In this document: piece by piece, positions 24,747 through 38,097 of the stretch
Layout: the number at the start of each line of letters is the position of its first letter
Numbering within the stretch: the first letter of the stretch is position 1
From: Azolla caroliniana
Taxonomy: Eukaryota; Plantae; Polypodiophyta
DNA: 64,000 bases
Assembly: GCA_043228905.1 (NCBI GenBank)
Contig: JBHGNT010000012.1
Coordinates: 1,798,001-1,862,000, forward strand
Reading direction: 5' to 3'
Notes under the pieces: generated by a model
Databases searched by the model: none
Told to the model about the DNA's origin: nothing
Seen by the model: only the letters and a program-made list of their open reading frames with translations
Program-made: the position numbers and the translations under genes

Positions 24747-27700
24747 CCGTTCTTCAAGGTCACCTTGAAGAAACACATTCTTCACGTCCATCTGGTGAAG
24801 ATGCCACCCGCTTTCCGCAACAACCGCCAATACCACGCGAATCATCGGCATATTCGCTACCGAAGTGAAGGTCTCATCGTAGTCAATTCCGTGGGTCTGC
24901 GCTAATCCCTTCGCCACTAATTGGACCTTGTACCGATTAACCGAACCATCGGCATTGTACTTTACCTTGTACACCCATTTGCAACCGATCGGTTTATAGT
25001 GTCGGGGAGGGTCAACGAGGTCCCATGTGTCGTTGGTATGGAGTGCCCGCATTTCTTCTTCCATAGCAGCACGCCAATTTGCAACCTTTGCCGCTTCTGC
25101 GTAGCTCTCTGGCTCACGTACTTCTGCCACCTTAGTCATGAACGCATAATGATGCGCCATGTACTCATTGTACTTGTACTGCGTAACGGGGTTCTTCTAG
25201 TGGGAAGACTGATGTAACTTGTCATCGCCCGGTTTGGGGCCCTTCTTGGCCGGTTCAGACTTCGTTCCTGAAGATCTGCCTTCATCCTTTCCTAAGTCGG
25301 ATTCGCTCCAATCTGACTCAATGTTGCCGGTTTCGTATTCCGACATCTTCTTCTTCCCCTCAGTTCCTTGCTCGGGGAGAGCACGATAGAGTCTCCAGTA
25401 TTCGTCGATTCCTCATTCAATTGGTCACTTTGACCCAATCACTCGTTCGGTCCGCTCAACCGAAACGATTTCAGACTCTCTTCTAGAGTCTCATGCTCGT
25501 CATCTTTTATCTAGACCGGTTCCAGCACATTGGCCTCATCTTTCAGAATCGGGTCTTCGTCGGGAGTTGGAGTCGGTAAGGAGTACCATGATGCCGTGTC
25601 ATCAAACTCGACATCTCGGCTTACTCAGACTTGCTTAGTCCGGGGGTTATAGCACTTATACCCCATTTGCTCATGCGAGTAACCGACTAGGATGCACTTC
25701 TCCGACTTCTGATCAAGCTTCTTCCGCTTCTAATCTGATACATGCACACATGCTATGCTACTGAATATCCGAAGGTGCCTCAGATTCGGCTTCCTCCCGA
25801 AATACAACTCATGTGCAAACACCTTGTCTCCGATTCGGTTTTGGATGTAGACGCTCGTCCGGACCACTTGAGTCCAGTAGAATTAGGGCATGCTTTTCTC
25901 CTCCAGCATTGCCATTGCCGCGTCGACAACTGATCGGTTCTTCCTTTCGGCCACACCGTTTTGCTCCGGTGTGTATGTGCAACCTAATTCTCTCTGAATT
26001 CCGTTCTGCTGCGGATAACTGTTGAATTTGCCGGAAAAGTATTCTTTTCGGCCATCCGACCGCTGGCACTTGATCTTCCTCTCCGTTTCCCGTTCTACCA
26101 AGCTTTGAAGGTTCCGGAAACACTCAAAGACTTCGCTCTTCCACTCGATAAGGTAGATCCACGTGTGTCGGTTATTGTCGTCGACGAAGGAGACGAATAT
26201 CGACTCCCGCCAAGACAAACGTTCTGTGTCGGTCCCCATACATCTGAATGTATTAGATCGAGCTTGTTACGGCTCCAATTTCGTTCGGTGGGGAATGGAA
26301 GCCGGTGTTGCTTCCCGAGTTGGCAGGCTTCACAAATTTCGGCCTTCCGGCCTCTAAATTTCGGCAAACCGAAAACAACTTGTTTCAATTGCAAGTCCTG
26401 AAGCCTTCGGTAATTGACTTGGCTGATCCGCTTGTGCCAGAGGTCGATTTCCGATTCAATCTTCTGTCCTGTGGCAAACATGGCGGTACCGACATCATTA
26501 GTGTTGAGGATGAACATCCTCACTTCTCTGCGCCCTTGCGCAATTATCCGATCTTCTTCCTCAATGAAGCACCCAATGTGCGTAAACCGCACCTACATTC
26601 CCTAGTCAACGATTTGTCCAACCGATACCAGGCTCTTTGTGATTGTCGAAACGTGTAATACGTTCATCAACTTCCCCTTTTGTCAGACGCGGCTTAAAGG
26701 GACTTCTCCGACATGCACAATCGTGTGAGGGGTGTCGTCTCCGGTTTCGACAATCCCTGGTTGTTCCGGTTGTTCCGGCTTCTCCAAAAAGGAGAACCAC
26801 TCTTCATGGCTCGTCATGTGGTTGGGTGCTCCAAAATCAACATACCATACTTCCTCCGATTTGGAAGTAGTCTTCTTCATCGAGTTAGCCTTGTGCTTCA
26901 TCACGAAGGTTGGCCCTTTACCGGTCTTCCCGGTTCTGAATCCTTCAGATCCTTATGTGTAGTGCGAGCTTTGCTGGTTTTCCCGACGGCCTTGCCGGAT
27001 CCAGATTTGTCTAAATCGGCGCGCTTCTTCCAGCACTCGCTTTCCCAGTGACCCTTTTTGCCACAGTACAATCATTCCATGTTAGCTTTTCCTTGCTGGT
27101 TTCCGGCGCTGCTTTGACTCCCCCAGCTTATGGAGGGTCCGGAACTACTGTCGGCACTACCTCTGTGCCTTCGGACCTGCTCTTGCTACCTCCATTGCGT
27201 GTCAACCCACCTCGTCCACCACGTCCATGGGGCCAATCTGTCTCCATGTACATCATCTGATCGTCTGATTGAGTGGTCCTCGACCTGCTCGCGTGGTTTT
27301 CTTCGACCATCAGCATCCATTGCAAGTCGAAGAAAGACGGTGGTTTCTCCCGGGTGCATATCACTGTTCGGATTGGCGCGTACCTTTGCATTAGACCACC
27401 GAGATAGATTTGTACCATCTCGTCTTCGTCCACCGTGACATTGATGGACCTGAGTGCGTCACAAATCTCCTTTATTTTGGTGGTTTAATCCCTAACCGAC
27501 ATGTCTCTTTACCGGAGCTGCAACTTACGGGTTGTGTTACTCGCGGCGAAAATCTTCCTCAAATTTCCCCAGGACTCCTTCGGCATTTTGCATCCTTTAT
27601 GTAGCCGAGCATCTGGTCGTGCACACAGGACACAAGGCAATACAATACTCGGCTCACTCCTTGCTCCCATACCGGGAAGTCATTGTGTGCCAACTCCGAT

Positions 27701-27837
27701 GGTACCTCGTTCGTTCGTTCCACGAAGCTCCAATATCCATGCCCCAACAGGTACTGGTGCATTTTATATGACGAGGACGCGTAGTTGCTCCGGTCGAGCT
27801 TCTCTGTGGGAAGTGAACTCGCCATACCTCTGTCCAT
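24747..27837 (-). pseudogene. Copia gag-protease-integrase-RT (N-terminal half of RT), frameshifted
   Basis: Fragments LDRSNYAS..LLGHGYW, WYVDFGAPNHMT, LWHKR..CEACQLGKQHR..IHSDVWGP, YTPEQNGVAERKNR, PIGCKWVYKVK..HQMDVKNVFLQGDLEE. Confidence 0.9.
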
Positions 27838-27928
27838 ATCTTCTCTTCGTCTGTTGTAGGGTTCTAGGGTTCGTCTTCAAAAGCAAGTGTCGGCTGCAGA
27901 GGTTCTCAACCCTCGTGCTCTGATACCA

Positions 27929-28348
27929 TGTGAAAGTTAACATGCGGAAGCGTTACACAGAACCGGCTTAGCCGGATAGCAACAGAGAATAAGATGAAGG
28001 TTTAATGGAGAAGCTTAATACACAGAGAGTATACGAGGGAGAGATAGAGAGAGCGGAACATAACTGTAGATTCAAAATAACTCTAAAACTATGTACATAC
28101 AACGTGCTACACAACACTATTTATACAAAGTCCATAAAGGACTAACATGTACTTCAATGCTCATACGAGCAACAGACACTAACTACGAGACAATGATTAC
28201 CTAGTAGTCTAGGCTACTACTAGGCTTTTGGTTCCCGTTCGAATCCGGCTCTCCGATCCGGCCGGTTGTTTCCAGATACCATCCGGATACCGATGAGGCT
28301 CAGGCTTATTTGGCCGATCTAGATCCGGTTGAGCTTGCTCGTTCAACA
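27929..28348 (-). repeat. Copia 5' LTR
   Basis: Matches 2048-2468; adjacent to the Met PBS. Confidence 0.92.
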
Positions 28349-31300
28349 CTTTCTTATCAGACCAAATGACGAATGTGATGCCCGACTAACTTACATACTT
28401 GTCTCTCTTCATGATTGAATATGCTTGACATCTCCAACAATGAAAATTGCCATAAAAGGAACCCTTTCAATCTCAACACATAACGGTGTACTCCCCTTTG
28501 TTCATCAAATATAAAATCATTTCGCATATGCCAAATAAACCATGCCCATAATACCTCAAATAATCTTGAATGAAGGTGAAAGACCTCATAATTCCACTTG
28601 TGCAAAAACCCATTTGAAAGGAAATTTTATCACTCCTGCCAAGGACATCCATATTGCATTAATAAATTTCCAAACCATCTTTGTAACAGGACATGAAATA
28701 AATTGACGTCGATTGTGCTCTACTTCCACCGTAAAAAAGAAACAAATGCCACTAGTTATTTTTCTTTAACATAAATTATCACCCAATGGTAATCCACCAA
28801 CCATAACCCTCCAAATAAACACTTTGGCTCTAAATGACAAATATGAACACCAACCCTTCTGGAGTACATTTTTCTACCAAATTGTTGGCCTATGGAAAGA
28901 CCATACCTTAATTACCTTTTTTTCGAACCACATATGTTTCCCAATAATTGTATGATAAACCTCATTCGTTGAAACCATACTGAAGTTGTTCTCCCTCACA
29001 AATGTCCAATCAAGATATAGAGAATCTTCATTTAAATGTGGCACACGCCCTTGCAACACTAATCATCCTTGTAATGTATCTCAAATGTGCCGATAATTGT
29101 GTGGAATTCCAAGTATCGACCTAGTTGTATGAAAAGCCATCAACCTTCTTTGAGAAGACAAAATTGCATCTTTTAGTGATACCGATCCTAATCGAGCCAT
29201 TCTATTAAATCCTCTATCTCTATGTGACATAATATACATATCCTTTCCTCTCTAGGGGACGCCATTAATACGACCATTCTCGGTCTCAAGTTAGTAAGAT
29301 GATATTTTAAGTTGTCCAATGGCAACCCTTAGTGCACTCGGTAAGAATGCATCTAGATATTTTTGTCGTGTAATAAACCTTAACATAGAGAAGTGCATGA
29401 AGTGTTCCTTATAATACAACATTTTAGATGGGAGTGGCTCTAGTGGGGTGATCCGTTTATACCAAGTGTAAATTTGCCATATTTCTTGGCGTATTACTTT
29501 ATTACAGTCCTCATGAGAGATTAAAGTGTTATCAATCATGTGGTTATACCTAAGGGGAGGTAGGTTATTAATGTCTAGAACATGCGCAAGAAGCCAACTC
29601 ACCATCATGCCACACCACGAGCTAGTACATCCAGACTCGTATAGTGATCCATATGCCTCAAAAGCTTGATGAGATATCCTATCATGTGGTTGGATATGTA
29701 TCTTATGAATAAATACTACAAGTTGAAAGAGTGCTTCTACTTGTCAAATGTGGGTCTCTTATGGACGTATTCACATTGTCTTCCTTTGTACACACCAGGT
29801 TTAGGTTATTTATGTAATAGTGAGAAGGGCAATTGCCCTAAGTTAGTCAATATATAAACTAACTTTCTAATGTAGTTTGGATAATGCCAAAAATACGGTG
29901 TCGTGAAGAAAACCGGTCATAGGCGGAATTGGAGAAAAAGGCGCATGAACCGGCTCTTACATGGGTGGACGCGAGAATTGATATTTTGTACATGATTCAT
30001 AATTAGGTCGGCTGATGTAAATACTAGGTAGTACACATTTATTAGGGGATTCGTGCGTACCTCTGTCGAGAGGGACAGGGAATAAACTATTTAAGGAGGG
30101 AGAGAAGGAAGAAAGGGGATCGTCGAAGTGTTGTTGCAGAACCGAGTGTCGAGCTCTCTCTCCTCCGATCGTCGTTCTCTGTGGGTGTCGGGAGTTCGCT
30201 GCCTCTGCTTCGTGGATAGCCTGTGTGCTTCCAGCAGAGGCTCTCCCCCCCCTTTTTTTTTTGTTTCTTCGAGTCGAGTGGCTATCGTCTGTGTGCGTGA
30301 GTAGGACCCCGTGTCAGGTCCATTACCGGTTTGCCGGTTGTAACTGTTCGAGTTGTAAGCTACGGATTATAGTAATTAGATTCCTGTTTCTTGCTCTTGT
30401 TTTCCTTCTGTGTATCTGCAACTCTCTCTCTCTCACTCTCTCCTTGGTCCAAGACCCCCGTGGTCCCGCCTCTTCCTATACGCGAACGCGAAACTTCGTG
30501 ACATAATTGGTGAACCCGACGTGAACAAGCGGCAAAGGAGTCGGAAAATGAGGGGATCAGAGCTAGCAGAGGCAATGGCAGTAGTCGTCGACCGGCTGGT
30601 GAGCGCTCGCAAGGGGATGGGTACCCTCCACAGAGCCATTGAATCGATCATCCGCAGCATAGGCCGATTCGGTGGGAAGAATCCCACAAGTTATTTGGAG
30701 GCTTACTAGGCCGAAATGATCATGAGGGATATCCCAGTGGACATGCGGTTGTCCGGATTCCCTCGGGTGGTGACGCCGAGCATCCATGCGGAGGTGCTCG
30801 AGGTGCTGGCTGAATGCCAGACTTGGGAGGAGTTCGAGCTGCAGCTCCTCGAGAAGTACGGGTCTGATGACTCACTTCGGCAGTTGAGGCGGGACTTCAT
30901 GGCGTGGGTGGAAAGCCCCAGAAAAGGGAGGAACACGTTGGCGCTCTTCCAGGAGTTCGAAAAACGATTCGCGCGACTGTCGACGCTGGACCGGACCGTG
31001 CTCGAAACGAGTCGAGTACTACTGTTTGTTAAGTCGGTGGACGCTATCGACATGGAAAAGGTGGGTCCCCTATTGCAGACGGACGAAAGGCTCACGACAG
31101 ACTGGGCCGTTGTAAAACGGGTCTACAACAGTTTCGACAAACAACGCGGGTGGAGCGACGAAAGCTCGTCGGAGTCAGGACTGGTCCCGGCGAGGAGGCT
31201 CGAGGAGCCGGTATCGGTGCCAGCCTGTGGGAAGGAAGAGACCTGAATTTGGCTGGAGTCGAGGTCGGCATCGAACGACGTGGTCAGCGACTCTGGAGGA

Positions 31301-33295
31301 GCTGACACAGATGGTGCGCGACCTGCAGATCGCACAGGCCCGAAGAGATAGCGACGAACAACCTCGCGACCGGAGGCCGCCGGCTGGGCAGCGGTGCATG
31401 TGGTGTGACGCAATCGGTCACATTCGGAAGGATTGCGTGGATTTCACCGACGCACTCAGGACCAACGTGGTGTACCTCTGGAACGGGCGATGCACGCGAG
31501 CGAGACCCGGAGAGTCCTATAACTGAATATGGGGCGCGGCGGAATGAAGAGGTTGATGGAAGGGGCCGCGGCACGGCATGTAGAAGTCGTTAACTACTCA
31601 GTGTCAGCGGGAATTCGGGTCAGGGGTGATGATACCCGGAAGGTGAAGGACTCCGGATTCTGGCCGCTAGTGCTAGAAGGCCTCTCCGGAGTTCGGCTGA
31701 AGAAGGAAGAGGCGGACCGCGCGGAACAGCGGGTTCAGGAGGTCACCGGATGGGATGATCCGGTCGAAGAGAAAACGGGCTTCGTAGAAGCCGCTTGCCA
31801 GAACTACGAGGTTCTGGTGGAAGACAAACGGGCAGGAAAGGCCAGAGGGGTCGGTCCCCCGCAGAGGTACAAGACCCGGTTCGGACCGAAACCCAGGCGC
31901 GCCGTATGGGAAGAAGCAGGCGGGGTTTCGGTTGAGCACCGAAATCGAGAGAGCAACAGACCTACGGAAGGTCCTTGAAGAGCGGATCCTCGACAGTAAA
32001 GTGGAGCTGTCGTTGCAAGAGGTGCTGGGAATCGCCAGGAGGGAGTTCCACGACTCCATCGTAGACTTGGCGAAGCGGAAGAGGCTCTCGATGGAGCTGG
32101 AACCAGAGAAGCCAGTGGAGGTGCGGACTGCGCACTTAGAAGACACGGCCCTAGAAGACGAGTTGGCGGAAAGCCACTACGCGAAGCCGCATTGGGCCAG
32201 GGCAAGTACGGAAACCCCTGTGCGGATCGGCGACGTTCCGGAACCGGTGGTGGCCTTGGTAAACCATGGATCCAAAATCAACCTGATGTCCATGGATTTC
32301 TACAAGAAGGGTAAATGCTCAATCAACACCAAGCATGGGTGGAAGATACGCACGACGACACTTGCTACGAAGGAGCTGCATGGTGCGTGCCCGAATGTAC
32401 GTGTAAAGATCGGTGACGTCGAGATAGATCAACATTTCTTCGTGCAGGAAACATCCTCGCACCCGGTGATTCTCGGCGAACCGTACATTACAGCAGCACG
32501 CATGGAGATGAAGGTGATGGACAACGGTTTGGCGTACGCGCGCGTCAAGAGCCAAGATGGTCGACATTCCGTCTAGTTCATGATCGTATGTCCGAACCAT
32601 GAGAGGATTCGCGAAACCCTCGGCGGCATCAACCGAGGGGATTTTTAGAGAGGGCTATCAAGGCGTGGGGCCTCGGTAGTCCGGACGTATCGGAAGAACC
32701 CAATGCATGTATAGTAGGTAGGAAGTTTTGGTTCTCTGAAAACAGATGTTGTACTATAGCCGGCGTCAGCGGCCGGGAGAGGAAGCGAGCGGAGGAGCGG
32801 CTCAGGCGATGCGGAGTCCTCTCCCCCGACGACGAGATCAGCGGCACCATGGAGGCGGTCTCTTTTGACGACACCTTGGGCGAGTTGCGAAAGGTGATCG
32901 GTGAAGACCTTAGAGAAGACCGGACCGTTCCGGTAGGTTCGATGGGAATGTACGAAGTCATCGCGGACATCGGGGAAGGGATCAGGTCGGATCGGATGGC
33001 CCGCATGGATACAAAGTACAAGACTGTGGACCGAAAGGTGAGGCCAGTCGCGGCACCCTTGTCGGAGGGCAGCGAGGAGGGGATAAAAGGGGTCGCGTCG
33101 GACCCAAGTTTACGGAATCCGGCTGGCATAGGGCATCGGTTCACCGACATAACGCTACGGGTGGCTTTCTACTACCGGCGGAGGACGACAGGTTTCGGAG
33201 AATGCTCGGAAGGCATGGAAAAGCCTTCGCGTTCTCGCCGGAGGAGATCGGGTGCATGGACCCGACGATCGTTGAACCGATGGTGATCTTCACGG

Positions 33296-34001
33296 TGTCA
33301 GGAAGTTACACGCGCGCGTGTAGAAGGGGCAGGACCACGAGGATCTTGAACCAAGGAGCAAGAGAGAGAGAGAGAGACAGAGACAGAGAGCGAGAGAGAT
33401 TTGTAGATACGCGAAGCGAGAAGGAGAGATATAGAACGCAACACTCGATTTCAATAGCAAGAGTTTACAATAACAAGAGAATACGACTTTGACGGTTACA
33501 ACCGGCAAGGCGGCGATGGACCCGACACGGGGATCCTATTCACACACACAAACGGCACTCGCTCGATCCCAAAAACAAACAAAAAAAGGGGGGGGGAGAA
33601 CCTCTGCTGGAAGCGCATGAGCTGTCCACAACGCAGAGGCAGCGAGCTTCCGACCTACAGAGACCGACGGCCGAAGGATAAGAGAGAGCTCGGCACTCAA
33701 ATCTGCAGCAACAATTCCCTCCTCCCTAGCGCGCGATGCCTTTTTCTTCCTCCTCCCCCTCCTTAAATAGTTGCCCCCCAAAGGGGGGATGCCCCTTTTC
33801 CTTAGCCAAATTGCTTTATTCCCTGTCCCTGTCGACAGAGATACGCACAAAATCCCCTAATAAATGTGCTACCTAGTATTTACACCAGTCACCCTAATTA
33901 CGAATTATGTACAACATATCAATCCTCGCGTCCACCTGTGTAAGAGCCAGTTCATGCGCCTTTTTCTTCGATTCCACCTATGGCCGGTTTTCTTTACGAC
34001 A
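33296..34001 (-). mobile_element. Solo LTR T4 related to the T3 LTR, inserted antisense in T3 pol
   Basis: Its right end is the reverse complement of the T3 LTR start (TGTCGT.AAGAAAACCGG). Perfect 4-bp TSD ACGG (33292-33295, 34002-34005). Removing it restores VIFTVPHVPW. Confidence 0.92.
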
Positions 34002-35292
34002 ACGGTACCGCATGTACCGTGGAATCTCAAACCAATTCCAGTGCCGAGACCTCACATCCCGAAGTTGATGGAGCTTCTGAAGCAAAAGGTGGAGATGGGC
34101 ATCCTCGAACCATCAAGTGCCCCATATTCGAATCGGTGGTTTACGGTGCCGAAGAAGAATGGCACGCTTCACTTCATTCAGGACCTGCAACCGGTCAACA
34201 GGGTGACCATCCGTAATGCAGGAATCAGACCGACCATAGACGACTTCGCGGAGGCCTTCGCTGGAAGTTCTATCTATTCGGTCGGTCACTTATACTCGGG
34301 GTACGACCAGTTCCAACTAGCCGTGGAGAGCAGGGATATCACAACGATGCGAACTCCTCTCGGCCTAGTACGGATGTGTACCCTACCACAAGGGGGGACG
34401 AATTCGGTGGCACATATGGTGAACGCAATGAACAAGGTGTTGAGGGACTGCATCCTGGACATCACCATGCCATTCTTGGACGACATCCTGATAAAGGGGT
34501 GTCCGATGGAAGATGCGGACGAGACTGTCGGGCCAGACGGATGCCGGATGTTTGTCGTGAACCACATCAACAACTGCGAGAAGGTGCTGCAGAGGCTCGA
34601 GAGCGCACGACTCACCTTCTCCGTAGAAAAATCGGCGTTCGGGCAGTCGGAGACCTTGGTGGTTGGACACCTGTGCGGGCCTTACGGTAGGAAACCGTCT
34701 CCGGCAAAGGTAGAAGTCATCTCCGCGATGTAGGACGATTGCGGGTCGGTTACGGAGGTCCGCAGATTCTTGGGGGCGTGCGCGTTCTACCACATTTGGA
34801 TTCCGCACTACGCGCATGTTGCGGAGCCGCTCTACGGGCTATTGAAGAAAGGGCGTAGGTTCGAGTGGAGGACGGAGCACACGGAGTCAGTCCGGAGGAT
34901 GAAGGAGGCGCTTGCTGCGGCACCGGCTCTCTGTAAAGCGGTTTACGGCAAGGGAGTCCCCGTCAATGAATGCAGAAAGGCAATTAACACAGAGAGATAA
35001 AAACACTAAGCTTCATTAATTATCTGCTTCTCATTACATTGTATCCAGGCCTTTCAATAGGTTTCCGGTTTGTAGTACAAAACGGTGCCATCCGCACCTA
35101 TTTGGGATCGGTCCGGATCCGAAATGGCATACCAATTCCGGTCTGTCCGTCCACACTAATAGATTACTTACAACCATTCCTAATAATTAAATAACTCCTT
35201 CATTTCACACTCTGGACTCCTTTGCCGGCCGGTAACGCATGGCACGCCCGTGGGACAGTACCTTGTACGTCGAATCCACCATCCGACCCTTG

Positions 35293-35358
35293 CTATTCTT
35301 CGTCCAAAATATCCAGAATTCTTTGTTCGAGAATCTCCAATGGTTCATCTGGAATTGG

Positions 35359-35393
<35 letters not shown>

Positions 35394-38097
35394 GCTCCGT
35401 TGATGGCTGTTGCGACTGGTCCTTTGGTGGCGGTTGCGGCTGCTCCTCCATTTGTTGCTCTGACACCGGCGTTTCCGTCGTTGCTCCCTCCGTCGTAGTG
35501 GTCTCTGGTTGACTAGTTCCGGCCTGACCCTCGGCCGGCGACGGTTCCTCGTCACTAAGGTTAACCGTTGCCGCTTCCCGTGCTTTTTCTTCCCGAACCT
35601 GGGACCGCTCGTAGCTCTCAAAATGGATTTGAGCATCCATCCTATCATCGTCTAGCTGAGCTACGAGTTGCCAGACCTACACCAACTGTTCATCCGCCAG
35701 GACTTGGAAGTCTTCAGCCAACTCGTCCCGTATGGCGGTGAAGTCCTCGGAAGTCAACGTGTAACAATCATCTCCTTCCTTCCGCCGGTTTTCCACGTCT
35801 GCCCGTAGCAATTGGAGTTCCGCCGTATTTTGCGCCCACTTTGTCCACCATCTTACGGAGCTTTCGTCAATCAAGCGTTTTGTCTGATTTAGCCATGCCT
35901 GGAGGATGCACTGAATCCGGCCCGTTCCCATCTACGACTTGATCTCCGCAACTTGCCGTTCCTCCTTCAATTGCTTGATGATTTTGATGTTGTCTTCCGC
36001 CTGCTCCTTGTAATGCGTCAATTGCCTTTGATATGTGCTTTGTAATTTTTGCAATACTGTTGTCGCTCTCTCCCTTTCTTCCTGCTGCTGACTCTGGAGC
36101 TCCATCCAGACCTTCTCCGCCTCATCCAACCGTCATGTATTTTCCGCTCGTTCGTCGGCGAGCACCGTTGCAACCTGATCAACTTCCTGCCGGAGCTCGG
36201 CCATCCGTTCCTTATGCTCCGTTTCCAGCCATTTGTAGTCCCGGTGCAGGTGCTCAAAATCATCTGTCTTTTGCTTGAGCCGTACGTTGATCTGTCGACA
36301 GGCTCGGTCCTCGCGGTCCTTCTGTTGGCGGAGCTCCTCCTTTAGCCATTCAATTTCCGTTTCCGCCGTCTTCCGCAGCTTGTCCTTTTCCTACAACACT
36401 TTGTCCTTTTCCTCCCTTAGCTGGTCGTACGCTTGATGGCCTTTCCGAAGGCTCTCCTCTGCCCGGCAGAGGTTCTCAACATTCTTCTTTAATTCTGCTT
36501 CGGCCACTGTCTTCAATTCCCGTTCACGGCTCCTTAGCGCTTCTTGTGCGGCAAGTTCATCTCTCAATTCCGCAAGCTCCTAGGCTTGCGCCGCATCTCT
36601 CTCTGGAACGGTTTCCGTTGCCGGGGTCTTATTAATATGTACAGGTTGGTCTGGTTCTTTATTCTGTACACTTACCGGAGTCACCGGTGCTTGGATCTGT
36701 GTTGCCGTTAAGGCCATTTTGGCCATTTCTATCGTGACCTGATCCAAGTCTTTTTCAAGGCACCGGATTCTGGATTGGGCCGTCTCTAGTTGTTCGGTTG
36801 AGACGAGCAACCGTTCGCTTTGCGCTCGTTCTTCCGCCTCAATATACCCCACTGCTCCGGCAATCTGTTCGCCTATCCACCGGAGCCACAGGCTACCGGT
36901 GCATTGTTGTTGCGCTTCTACAGTGGTTTGACGGCTGGGCTCGCTTGTGGATGGGTGGTCCCGCCTGATTGCGCCGAGTTGCAATTCCGTTTCTGCCCGT
37001 GGACCACCCTGCTGTCTTGGTTCCCCTTGCGCTTCTTCTTGGTTGACCGAGGGAGGCTGCATTGACCTTTCTGGCTCTGGCGGTATGGGACTTGCCGGTG
37101 CTGCCAGTGGTGCAGGGGCTTCTGATTCCGGTGCCATGCGCACCGGGCTCGGTTCCTCCCTTGACGTGGGAGTCTCAGTATGGAGAGTCGGTATTCCCTC
37201 CGTCTGAGGGTCTGAACGTTTCCCGGCTGCCTCAACGGTCCTTGCCGACGACCGTCGCTAGAGGTGCTCCGTAGGCTCCTCCTCTATTTCCTCCTCCTCA
37301 GTCCCGACATTGAATTTCACCGCCAAGGGGTCCGCTTCTCTATTCACCGGTCAGCGGAGTGTGATCTTTACGGGCCGTACCGGTGATTCCTCCTACGCAT
37401 CCGTTGGCCGCTTCCGGCTGGCGCTCTCCTTTCCGGCCTGTTCTGCGTCCGCCGCCTTCCCCTTAGTGGCCTTAGAGGCCAACAATTGTTGTCTTTTGGA
37501 AGCAGTCTTTGGGGTGCCGTCCGCCACTCTTCCCCGCTTATTGGGCTGGATGGGCTGGACGGGGGGCACAAGCAAGGTGAGCCACTGCGTTACTGCGTGC
37601 CATATCCTCCGTCCGTCTCGGCCTTCTTTGCCGTCTTTTCCTCTGACGATCTCGATCGCCGCACACAAACCGTCTGCGATCAATACCGACCAATCCACCT
37701 TGATCCCTTCATAGGTGGCGATGATCATCCCTGCCCGGTTCTGCGGCATGACAGGGGGTCTAGGGTACACATGGCCGTATTTGTGGAGCACACGGGCAAT
37801 CTCACAGAACAACATATCTCCGCCGCCCTGTGTCCGGTAGCCCTTGCTGGCTAGGGAGTACTCACCAAAATACCTGATGAGTTGCTACGAGGTCGGATTG
37901 TCGATCGTGAATATGCCTCCCTCCGGAAGGCCTGTTAACGCACGGATCGCCTCATCCGTTATGACCTCTGTGTCGATTTCTTTGATCACCTTGTCGGCTT
38001 CTTTGTGTGGCGGTGCCTCCATAATCGTCAAGAAGCCCTCGAGCTCGTGTTGCTTTAGCCATTTCTTGGCGGCTTCTGACAACGTTTGCGGGTCCAT
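35293..38097 (-). pseudogene. Extra ~935-codon ORF downstream of pol (unknown N-terminal domain, long coiled-coil-like region, acidic/polyQ tail)
   Basis: ORFs 37885..38097, 37393..37815, 36580..37143, 35932..36129, 35677..35931 and 35293..35640 are all in the same frame, separated by TAG/TGA stops. Confidence 0.75.
35357..35395 (-). repeat. (CAA)n microsatellite encoding polyQ in the extra ORF
   Basis: Direct reading of the GTT run. Confidence 0.9.

Larger units (their letters stand above)
2048..28348 (-). mobile_element. Ty1/Copia LTR retrotransposon, decayed, hosting nested Gypsy elements
   Basis: Paired ~420-bp LTRs 2048-2468 and 27929-28348 (TG...CA). tRNA-iMet PBS (TGGTATCAGAGC on minus, 27917-27928); PPT 2469-2480; flanks GTTTC/CTTTC (5-bp TSD, one mismatch). 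Domain order gag-PR-IN-RT-RH. Confidence 0.93.
1884..29208 (-). mobile_element. 5'-truncated L1-type LINE fragment (~1 kb net: 1884-2047 plus 28354-29208), itself interrupted by the Copia element
   Basis: Degenerate zf-RVT-like Cys region near 28680-28850 and WFIWHMRNDFIF motif (ORF 28357..28605). Poly(A) tail appears as the T-run 1884-1904. 13-bp TSD ATCCTTTATCTCT (1871-1883) / ATCCTCTATCTCT (29209-29221), one mismatch. Confidence 0.8.
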
